The position numbers and the translations under genes are program-made. From an uncultured virus (IMG/VR IMGVR_UViG_3300042868_008532) (lineage: Duplodnaviria > Heunggongvirae > Uroviricota > Caudoviricetes): a stretch of 20,000 nt of DNA. Each line of letters opens with the position of its first letter. Position 1 is the stretch's first letter. This document shows positions 8,346-14,713 of this stretch, piece by piece. The stretch lies in IMG/VR virus record IMGVR_UViG_3300042868_008532, positions 57,857 to 77,856 of that record; one strand, 5' to 3'. Below the pieces are notes generated by a model, which was given only the letters and a program-made list of their open reading frames with translations, had not been told where the DNA came from and did not search any database.

Positions 8346-8785
8346 GTTTGTGCTTGACCCTCGTTCATATAAAAATTGTTCAAATATCCCATTATGTTCG
8401 CACTTCCGATTGGGTTTGCAGAATGAACATATACAATTGGAAATACAAATTTGTCAGCCTTTCTTTCACTTCTACTCATATTGAATCTACCTTCATTTGT
8501 ATTGTGAAACAACGCAACCAAGAACTTAGAGGCATCATATCCGGTTTTCTCATCAATATTGTTGTAATCCAAAGTATAATTTGGCGAAACATTGTTGAAA
8601 TACTCCTTCATTGCTGTATCCCCCAAATCGTGGTCCAACGAAATTATATCAATATTCTCCAATCCAATCTCATTAACTTTACTAACAAATTCATCGTAAT
8701 TTCTTACAACTATCCAATTATCTCCGGTTGGAGTTCTTACGTCATCTAAATAGATACGATAAGGTGGTTTTACATTATTTTCCAT
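8315..8785 (-). CDS. cyclic-phosphate-processing receiver (cREC) domain protein
   Basis: IYLDDVRTP, WIVVRNYDEF, ISLDHDLG, GYD, VHSANPIG signature. Confidence 0.85.
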   Translation of the reverse strand: MENNVKPPYRIYLDDVRTPTGDNWIVVRNYDEFVSKVNEIGLENIDIISLDHDLGDTAMKEYFNNVSPNYTLDYNNIDEKTGYDASKFLVALFHNTNEGRFNMSRSERKADKFVFPIVYVHSANPIGSANIMGYLNNFYMNEGQAQTCVRVQIPHV

Positions 8786-8786
8786 T

Positions 8787-9260
8787 TTATAATAATTTTT
8801 TTAATACACTATCCCAATCAGGGTATTCATTCCAAACTTTTTTCTCATAATTCCACCCAAAATGAATTAATTCACCGGTGAACTCTCCGGCACCGTTTGC
8901 CGTTCTATCATCAATTAAATAATCACCAAGTAATAAATCTTTTCGATGAGTAATTACCATTTTTTTATGAAATAACTTACCAAAATATTTCTCAATCCAA
9001 TACCTTTTATCCGTAGACGCATAAGGGTTTCCCCAAGGCGCCGCAGTGGCAATCAATAATTCATATTTCCCACTATCAACCAACTTATTGATTGCCTCAA
9101 TTGCCCCATCATATGGTTTAGGGTCTCTAAAGATACCCGGAATATGGTCAGGACTATGTTTGTATTTGTGAACTAAATTTGGATGTTCATCGAACCATTT
9201 ATCAAATTCTCCCCCTAAATCAACCAATACACCATCCATATCAATAAAAATTCTTTTCAT
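8787..9260 (-). CDS. 5'(3')-deoxyribonucleotidase, NT5C-type HAD phosphatase
   Basis: IFIDMDGVLVD, ATAAPW, K..W, GDYLIDD HAD motifs. Confidence 0.9.
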   Translation of the reverse strand: MKRIFIDMDGVLVDLGGEFDKWFDEHPNLVHKYKHSPDHIPGIFRDPKPYDGAIEAINKLVDSGKYELLIATAAPWGNPYASTDKRYWIEKYFGKLFHKKMVITHRKDLLLGDYLIDDRTANGAGEFTGELIHFGWNYEKKVWNEYPDWDSVLKKLL

Positions 9261-9277
9261 ATTTCAATATTTTGATA

Positions 9278-9285
9278 CAAAGATA
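9278..9285 (-). promoter_or_regulatory. Bacteroidota -7 promoter box heading the phosphatase/kinase operon
   Basis: TATCTTTG 17 nt upstream of the NT5C ATG. Confidence 0.6.
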
Positions 9286-9302
9286 CACAATTTTTTCATA
9301 TA

Positions 9303-9332
9303 AAAAAATCCATCACTAAAAAAATGATGGAT
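9303..9332 (-). terminator. intrinsic terminator
   Basis: AATCCATCA...TGATGGATT stem followed by a U-tract on the minus strand. Confidence 0.65.
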
Positions 9333-9364
9333 TATATTTTGAAACCTTGTTATTTATTTATTAT

Positions 9365-10252
9365 TTAGAATTTGTTCCCACAAGAAGAACAAAACTTATC
9401 AGAATCTTTTTTTCTTTTTTTACCACAATTAGTACAATACACTTTTAAGTCCTGTTTTTCAAAAACTTGTTGTGATACAGGAAGAATCTTCCATATTGAT
9501 GTTGAACAAGCGTAATGGTTAAAAGTTTTATTCACCGTTTGAAATGATTGGTCAGATGAACCACCTTTTTCAACTCTACCGGTTTCTAATGAATCCATAG
9601 ACAACATATCCATAGTAACCTCACTACGAGAATTAGGTTTAGATTTTTTCAAACTTCTTAAAACACCTCTATTGTTTGGACCTAAAATCTCTCTTTTGTT
9701 TGGTCCTGCAAAAGTATTACTTATTGATGTAGTATTAAAATTAACACCCGCAGTATTACTTGATGATGTAAATGATAAATTACCATTTGTGGTTGTTGTT
9801 GTACCATTACCATTAATATTAAAAGAGTTTGAGTTATAAGTATGGATTGGTCCACCAAATGAACCCCCAACATAAGTTATTGGGTTATTCCACACCGGTT
9901 GTTTATATTCATCAAAGAAGTCAATAACAACATCCCCATTTCCGGCGATGGCATCCAATACTTCATTTGATGTTCCGTCAACCTCATAAGTTTCAAACTT
10001 AAATTTACGAGCGTCGTCAAGGTATCTCTCAAGAAATACTCTTTGTCCCGGTTTAAGTACAATTCCTCCTCCGGAGATATAACTTCCGTCAAGTTTAATT
10101 TTCGCTAATACTGTGGTTGATGATGGGTTAAATAATTCTAGTTCGAATTCTTCCCCGTTTTTAAGATAGACATTTTGTCCAACTTGTTTAAGACGTTTTT
10201 TGTCTTTTGTAATATACGCACAAGGCGTACCTGTTTTTGTTTGGTAATACAT
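9365..10252 (-). CDS. hypothetical protein with C-terminal zinc ribbon
   Basis: 295 aa; beta-rich N-domain, low-complexity N/T/S linker, CTNCG...FCSSCG. Confidence 0.8.
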   Translation of the reverse strand: MYYQTKTGTPCAYITKDKKRLKQVGQNVYLKNGEEFELELFNPSSTTVLAKIKLDGSYISGGGIVLKPGQRVFLERYLDDARKFKFETYEVDGTSNEVLDAIAGNGDVVIDFFDEYKQPVWNNPITYVGGSFGGPIHTYNSNSFNINGNGTTTTTNGNLSFTSSSNTAGVNFNTTSISNTFAGPNKREILGPNNRGVLRSLKKSKPNSRSEVTMDMLSMDSLETGRVEKGGSSDQSFQTVNKTFNHYACSTSIWKILPVSQQVFEKQDLKVYCTNCGKKRKKDSDKFCSSCGNKF

Positions 10253-10532
10253 AATTTCCTTATTTTATTTTTTATGTTTATTGAACTTCGCTTCGTTGGT
10301 ATTAATTCCAACTCAAATGTCTCTGTGAACACGCGAACCTCAGCAACAAGGTTTCATTTATAAATATAAGGATACTTTATTTTATTGTAAATAAAAAACC
10401 CCCAAGTTTCCTTGAAGGTTTTATGTAGAGTTAACTGGTATCTACACTTAGGAATGACCCTAAGACCACCGTTCATCACCTGTAAGGGTCTAACGATAGA
10501 TATTGTACTTGCTTACACTCAAATATCCGCTG

Positions 10533-10608
10533 TGTCCTATACAGGATTCGAACCTGTGACCTTTTCGTTATGAGCGAACTGCTACTGACCGGACTGAGCT
10601 AATAGGAC
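10533..10608 (-). tRNA. tRNA-Ile2/Met (CAT)
   Basis: GTCCTAT/ATAGGAC acceptor, anticodon loop CTCATAA, T loop TTCGAAT. Confidence 0.9.
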
Positions 10609-10647
10609 TAAAATGGGTTTTTAATGAACCCACAAACATATGTCAAC

Positions 10648-10878
10648 TTATTGGTGGTGTTTCACATACCTACCAAATTTATCAACCCTCACAGAGAGTT
10701 TCTCCAATCTAAAGTTCCACTGTTTGAACTTTCCTAAGCCCGATTTAATTCGTGCTTGTTTAATCGCAGATTCCTCTGCCTTCTCACGTCCTTCTTCCGT
10801 AGTTTCTACGAAAAAAGTGGGAGCCTGAACACCGTTATTAACGGGAACTACTCTCCAAATTCTCAATTTCTGAGTCAT
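10648..10878 (-). CDS. hypothetical phage protein
   Basis: 76-aa ORF with ATG between tRNAs. Confidence 0.6.
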   Translation of the reverse strand: MTQKLRIWRVVPVNNGVQAPTFFVETTEEGREKAEESAIKQARIKSGLGKFKQWNFRLEKLSVRVDKFGRYVKHHQ

Positions 10879-10945
10879 AAATTTTAGCTAATAGCTAAAA
10901 CTATGTGGAGTTGGGTTGGTTGTTTTTCATATTAATAAATATTAG

Positions 10946-11024
10946 TATCCCCGACGAGAGTTGAACTCGTAAGCCTAAGCGTCTCCTTTTAAGGAAGAGG
11001 TGTTTACCGTTTCACCACGGGGAT
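10946..11024 (-). tRNA. tRNA-Leu (TAA)
   Basis: ATCCCCG/CGGGGAT acceptor, loop CTTAAAA, extended variable arm. Confidence 0.9.
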
Positions 11025-11052
11025 GTGTTCCCCCAATGAGATTAATTTGGGG

Positions 11053-11220
11053 TAGATTTTTTCTGTTTTCCTATTCAAAAGTCGAGACGGTCTTACCCGC
11101 ACATAAAAGTCAACTATTACTTGGAGGTGAGTTAGTACGCTCCCTTTTCCCAAAGACCCCCTCTGTAAAACCGTTTGAGGCGTCAGCTACATCTTTGTTT
11201 AAGAAACGATGCCAAATCTA
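11053..11220 (-). ncRNA. candidate structured ncRNA
   Basis: TAGATTT (11053-11059) / AAATCTA (11214-11220) closing stem, GC-rich interior, flanked by small hairpins at 11030-11052 and 11221-11240. Confidence 0.35.
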
Positions 11221-11242
11221 TTGAGTATCTCTATCTCAATTG

Positions 11243-11335
11243 TAGTCAGGAGAGGAATCGAACCTCTCTACAGGGTGCTACCCGTCATCCGTGACCTTCC
11301 ATCGGACTCGAACCGACCTTGTATCCAACCTGACT
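11243..11335 (-). ncRNA. tRNA-like RNA (family AGTCAGG acceptor) with two T-arms
   Basis: Acceptor AGTCAGG/CCTGACT+A; terminal T arm AGAGG-TTCGATT-CCTCT; extra T arm TCGG-TTCGAGT-CCGA (11302-11316) near the D-arm position; no anticodon arm. Confidence 0.65.
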
Positions 11336-11340
11336 ATATT

Positions 11341-11420
11341 ATAACAACTACTCTTATCCCGTCTGTTATTCACAAGCCCTAATTTGTGTCAGGAGATTCG
11401 AACTCCATCCCTAGTTGTCA
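11341..11420 (-). ncRNA. T-loop-containing closed-stem RNA (permuted tRNA / Y-RNA-like topology)
   Basis: TGACAACTA/TAGTTGTTA closing stem, then GGAG-TTCGAAT-CTCC T arm, then CACAA/TTGTG hairpin. Confidence 0.4.
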
Positions 11421-11460
11421 AGTGTGTCTAAAGAGCGTTTGACACTTCCTTTATAATTTG

Positions 11461-11583
11461 TAGTCAGAACAGGGGTCGAACCTGTAATAAAAGACAAGCG
11501 GTTAGTCCTTTCACAAGGATTAGGGATTATGTCTATTCCCACATTTAACACACCACTGCGTACACCAATTCCGCCACCTGACT
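11461..11583 (-). ncRNA. tRNA-like RNA (family AGTCAGG acceptor) with anticodon loop replaced by a multibranch insert
   Basis: AGTCAGG/TCTGACT+A; intact Leu-type D arm GGCGGAATTGGTGTACGC; anticodon stem AGTGGT/ACCGCT encloses ~50 nt with two hairpins; T arm ACAGG-TTCGACC-CCTGT. Confidence 0.72.
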
Positions 11584-11657
11584 ATTTTCTCGTCTTTCCG
11601 AGATGTCAACTACTTGTATGTTGTTCCTACATACCAATCCTCTTATAGTCGATTTTG

Positions 11658-11778
11658 TGAACAGAGTAGGATTCGAACCTACAATAGTACCATACTCATA
11701 AATTTCCGTTTACTTCGAGGAATCGAACCTCATCTCCCGACCTCCTGGCCGAGACGCTTTACCATTTACCACCCGTTC
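11658..11778 (-). ncRNA. tRNA-like RNA with two T-arms
   Basis: Acceptor GAACGGG/TCTGTTC+A; D-like GGTAAATGGTAAAGC; internal T arm GAGG-TTCGATT-CCTC (11717-11731); terminal T arm GTAGG-TTCGAAT-CCTAC. Confidence 0.65.
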
Positions 11779-11784
11779 ATTTTG

Positions 11785-11858
11785 AGCTTCCTGTCAGAAT
11801 CGAACTGACTCTATTCCGGGTTACAAATCCGGTACACCACCATTCGTGCGTAGGAAGC
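11785..11858 (-). tRNA. tRNA-Thr (TGT)
   Basis: GCTTCCT/AGGAAGC acceptor, loop TTTGTAA; atypical A8. Confidence 0.8.
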
Positions 11859-12068
11859 CTGTCGCAGAGTATTTTTTTTAAGTAGAAGTCAACTCTGTCT
11901 CTTAAACTACTAAAAGAAACTGCCCAAGGTCTATCCTGCTTTCGCTGTCCAGATTTTTCTCTGTTTCTTATAACATCATCACTTCGGCCACATTGGGAGA
12001 ACCGCAGTTCCCACGTTGTTTAAGGAGGTAGTTGGCGGTGTATCACACCGAGTTATGATAATGTATTG

Positions 12069-12141
12069 TACCTCAGGAGGGAATCGAACCCTCAAAATCT
12101 TGTTCCTAAGACAAGCGTGTCTACCGTTCCACCACCAAGGC
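12069..12141 (-). tRNA. tRNA-Leu (TAG), short variable loop
   Basis: Leu-type D arm, CTTGT-CTTAGGA-ACAAG, variable region only ATTTT, A73. Confidence 0.88.
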
Positions 12142-12149
12142 AATTGATG

Positions 12150-12221
12150 TGACTCCACAGGGATTCGAACCCCGATAATTTCCTTAGAAGAGAAATGTCC
12201 TATCCGTTGAACGATGGAGCC
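12150..12221 (-). tRNA. tRNA-Arg (TCT)
   Basis: GGCTCCA/TGGAGTC acceptor, loop CTTCTAA, D-loop GGATA with A20. Confidence 0.92.
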
Positions 12222-12225
12222 AATT

Positions 12226-12446
12226 TATTCTGTTACCGACATAGATTGGTAATTAAGTGTGAAGGCCCAAACCCCTTCACTCCCCTATTATAGTCTGTCG
12301 CAACGTTGGAACGAATGCCGACCTTTTCACTTAACCTTTCGTTAGACATACGAATCTATGTTTTCTGTATGTGGTGAGTAACTTCCTTCCCCACTTGTGT
12401 TTCCGAGATATCGAGGGCACCATACTGTCTAACGTCAAACAGAATA
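12226..12446 (-). ncRNA. candidate pseudoknotted ncRNA (~220 nt)
   Basis: Closing stem TATTCTGTT/AACAGAATA; two crossing 9-bp helices (12239-47:12353-61 and 12340-48:12426-34); internal GTGAAGG/CCTTCAC hairpin. Confidence 0.55.
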
Positions 12447-12454
12447 TAAAATTT

Positions 12455-12630
12455 AAAATAAAACACTGCTGTGGAGCAACACCACAATCCGACTTAAGGT
12501 TTTCATCAGGTGGATAGCTAATCCGGACTTATTCCCTTCTCACCGCAAAACAGATAATACGTACTTTCTGAATACTATAGGTGTCGTGATAACAGGTGCT
12601 GGTTAACCTATTTTCGTCGTGTTGTATTTT
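12455..12630 (-). ncRNA. candidate structured ncRNA
   Basis: AAAATAAAACAC / GTGTTGTATTTT closing stem; internal hairpins such as TGTGG/CCACA; fills the gap up to tRNA-Gly. Confidence 0.4.
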
Positions 12631-12632
12631 TG

Positions 12633-12703
12633 TGCGAGTACCGGTAGTCGAAACCGGCCCATCTGATTGGAAGTCAGAGATGCTACCGAAACACTTCACT
12701 CGC
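12633..12703 (-). tRNA. tRNA-Gly (TCC)
   Basis: GCGAGTG/TACTCGC acceptor, TCTGA-CTTCCAA-TCAGA; A8/U14 and A73 atypical. Confidence 0.88.
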
Positions 12704-12731
12704 AGTTAGATGAAATTAATCATCTATTTTG

Positions 12732-12905
12732 TTACACTTTTGTTTTAAGAGTGTCAATCTCTTTGTTGATTCTCTTCACATCAGAATCAGTTAATGGAAT
12801 CTTGGTATCCATAGTACCTTTTTCGGTTTTTACACCATTTTTTAATTGTTTCTCCAACATTTCAAGAACTCTTTGTTGTCTTGACCTTTTTGCTACTGTA
12901 GCCAT
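12732..12905 (-). CDS. small basic hypothetical protein (57 aa)
   Basis: MATVAKRSRQQRVLEMLEKQLKNGVKTEKGTMDTKIPLTDSDVKRINKEIDTLKTKV; phage-like codon usage, same strand as the cluster; not in the ORF track. Confidence 0.65.
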   Translation of the reverse strand: MATVAKRSRQQRVLEMLEKQLKNGVKTEKGTMDTKIPLTDSDVKRINKEIDTLKTKV

Positions 12906-12927
12906 ACGGATTTAGTTATTAAATTAG

Positions 12928-13000
12928 TAGCGTAGGGCAGGTAACGCTCCTGCTTTGTTCGGCTTATGAGACCGATGGGATACTATACCCCCCCCTCGCG
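12928..13000 (-). tRNA. tRNA-Met (CAT), initiator-like, non-canonical T loop
   Basis: 5' CGCGAGG with unpaired C1, TCGGT-CTCATAA-GCCGA, T arm GCAGG-AGCGTTA-CCTGC. Confidence 0.8.
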
Positions 13001-13016
13001 ATGTATTATTTATTTT

Positions 13017-13125
13017 GCTGACTAATAAGGATTTGAACCTTAATCTCCCTTCCCCTGAGAAGCCCACGTTCCAGGGACTCGAACCCTGTTTTGGAGGATG
13101 GTGTGCACCATTACACTATAATCAA
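13017..13125 (-). ncRNA. tRNA-like RNA with two T-arms
   Basis: Acceptor TTGATTA/TAGTCAG; normal D arm GTGT-AATGGTGC-ACAC; internal T arm CAGGG-TTCGAGT-CCCTG (13072-13088); terminal T arm TAAGG-TTCAAAT-CCTTA. Confidence 0.65.
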
Positions 13126-13174
13126 TCGGATGCTTCGAATCATCCATTCCCAAGGTAATTAATCTTGAGTTTTG

Positions 13175-13245
13175 CGGTCTATGACGGTAACGCTCCGTCT
13201 ACTCAACAGTGACAGTGTTGGATGATGCTTCTTCACTAATAGACC
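13175..13245 (-). tRNA. tRNA-Asp (GTC), non-canonical T loop
   Basis: GGTCTAT/ATAGACC+G73, CAACA-CTGTCAC-TGTTG, T arm GACGG-AGCGTTA-CCGTC. Confidence 0.85.
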
Positions 13246-13261
13246 TTGTTTTTATTCTCAA

Positions 13262-13293
13262 CAAAGATAGGTAGAACAATTTAAACTACCAAA
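13262..13293 (-). promoter_or_regulatory. Bacteroidota-type promoter
   Basis: TTTG-20 nt-TATCTTTG upstream of tRNA-Asp. Confidence 0.7.
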
Positions 13294-13314
13294 TCTTTTT
13301 TTATTTTATTTTTG

Positions 13315-13386
13315 TGGAGGTACACGGTAACGCTCCGTGTTCTGTGATTTGCAAAACCACTGTAATTGCTTTTATACGATACCCCC
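13315..13386 (-). tRNA. tRNA-Ala (TGC), non-canonical T loop
   Basis: GGGGGTA/TACCTCC with G3:U70 and A73, loop TTTGCAA, T arm CACGG-AGCGTTA-CCGTG. Confidence 0.85.
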
Positions 13387-14016
13387 ATTATTTATTTTCC
13401 TTCCCAATCTCCATCCTTCCGGAATTAAATCTCCTTTAAATATTTTTTTATTCTCAATTTCATTTGTTATCCAACAAGTCCCATACTGAGAATTATTTTC
13501 CCCATTACCTTGTCCTTTTCGAGATTCTTTCATTTTCTCAATAGATTCGGGGCTATGTTTTTTCCCTTTAAAATTATCATACTTAATCTTCCCCTCTTTA
13601 TGTAGTTTTTTTACTCCTTCTTGTCTTACACGAATCATTTTATCTCGATATTCCGGGTCTTTCCATCTTTCTTTCATAAGAATACTAGACGCTATTTGAC
13701 CCTTTTCCCAATCTTTTTTTGTAAATCCACCTGAACCACCTTCTTTAAGATTCATACATAATTTATCGGAGATTAAAATCTTATCAACAATTTTTAACTC
13801 TCGAATAACTAACTCTTCTCTTGTTAGTAAAAACTCCAAAATTTCTTTTGTGTGGTTTTCTTTACCGTATTTTCTAATAGAATATCTTAATCGTTTTCCA
13901 CTACCCAAATAACCATCTTCTAAATTAGTGGTACTGTGCATTCCGATATAAAATCTATTTGTAACATTACAAGTTGTTTTATAAATGTAATGTATATGTG
14001 GTTTTTTTCTCGCCAT
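13372..14016 (-). CDS. GIY-YIG (Seg-like) homing endonuclease with NUMOD3 motif
   Basis: YIYKTT...FYIGMHST...YLGSG, N..GG.GG, FKGKKHSPESIEKM; inserted between tRNA-Glu and tRNA-Ala. Confidence 0.9.
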   Translation of the reverse strand: MARKKPHIHYIYKTTCNVTNRFYIGMHSTTNLEDGYLGSGKRLRYSIRKYGKENHTKEILEFLLTREELVIRELKIVDKILISDKLCMNLKEGGSGGFTKKDWEKGQIASSILMKERWKDPEYRDKMIRVRQEGVKKLHKEGKIKYDNFKGKKHSPESIEKMKESRKGQGNGENNSQYGTCWITNEIENKKIFKGDLIPEGWRLGRKINNGGIV

Positions 14017-14073
14017 TTTGTTCTTTTACTATAAATATCTCAATATATAGTAAAAGTACAAAAATGTTTAAAG

Positions 14074-14145
14074 TACTGCCACGGAGAATCGAACTCCGAT
14101 TTTATGGATGAAAACCATATATCCTGACCGTTAGATGATGGCAGC
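14074..14145 (-). tRNA. tRNA-Glu (TTC)
   Basis: GCTGCCA/TGGCAGT acceptor, TATGG-TTTTCAT-CCATA. Confidence 0.9.
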
Positions 14146-14250
14146 GAATTTTGGATAGATGAGGTTCTATCCGGACCAGGACTTTCTCCCTTGGGAGATG
14201 TCATTTTTACATTATCAATATTTCAATTAACTTGTTTCTTTTTGATGGTA

Positions 14251-14281
14251 CAAAGATAATACTTTATTTCATTCTACCAAA
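14251..14281 (-). promoter_or_regulatory. Bacteroidota-type promoter
   Basis: TTTG-19 nt-TATCTTTG; very similar to the promoter at 583-613. Confidence 0.75.
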
Positions 14282-14283
14282 TT

Positions 14284-14388
14284 TTATTCTTCTTTTTTTT
14301 CTTCTTCGATTAAAACATTTTTTAATCCGTAGGTTACTCCTAATATTGGTGAGTAATCCATAACCAACTCTTCTCTTATATCGTCCAT
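14284..14388 (-). CDS. putative 34-aa acidic peptide
   Basis: MDDIREELVMDYSPILGVTYGLKNVLIEEEKKEE; TATCTTTG box at 14410-14417 upstream. Confidence 0.45.
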   Translation of the reverse strand: MDDIREELVMDYSPILGVTYGLKNVLIEEEKKEE

Positions 14389-14449
14389 ATCTTGTTTTTT
14401 AATTCGGTACAAAGATAATCTTTTATTTCATTCCGACAACTATAAACCA

Positions 14450-14483
14450 AAAAAAAATCCACCTTTTTTGAAGATGGATTTTT
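14450..14483 (-). terminator. intrinsic terminator
   Basis: AAAAATCCA...TGGATTTTT stem with long A/U tract. Confidence 0.65.
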
Positions 14484-14509
14484 GAATATTTTTTTTACTT
14501 AAATATATA

Positions 14510-14584
14510 TCATACCATCGACTTCCAAGTTGTATCTCTACCCTCAGTTCCCGCTATCGTAAGTAATATGTTTAAAGTTTGCAT
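14510..14584 (-). CDS. putative 24-aa peptide
   Basis: MQTLNILLTIAGTEGRDTTWKSMV; preceded by a TATTTAT motif (14608-14614), followed by a terminator. Confidence 0.35.
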   Translation of the reverse strand: MQTLNILLTIAGTEGRDTTWKSMV

Positions 14585-14713
14585 TTGTTGTGTTATTGTA
14601 ATTTCTAATAAATATACGACTTTTTATAAAAGTGTCAAGTCTTTTTTTATTTATTTTTTTAATAACGATGATTTTAAAACTATTTATAGATAATAAACGT
14701 TAAAAACTTTAAT

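Noticed and set aside
12455..12630. Hammerhead ribozyme (minus strand has CTGATGA and CGAAA followed by a stem and TTA)
   Set aside because: Stems I and II cannot form directly adjacent to CTGATGA; the required pairings are displaced by about 9 nt or absent.
3021..12915. Plus-strand ORFs 3021-3245, 4338-4544, 4639-4926, 7460-7657, 8077-8271, 8279-8749, 10175-10363, 10640-10828, 11000-11224, 11614-11808, 12667-12915 and minus-strand 9877-10092, 10138-10332
   Set aside because: Antisense or alternate-frame overlaps of well-supported genes, tRNAs or structured RNAs; no motifs.
14178..14191. GGGAGAAAGTCC (and GGGAATAAGTCCGGA near 12525) resembling the RNase P P4 5' strand
   Set aside because: No matching 3' P4 strand (CGGCTTA-like) and too little space before the next tRNA.
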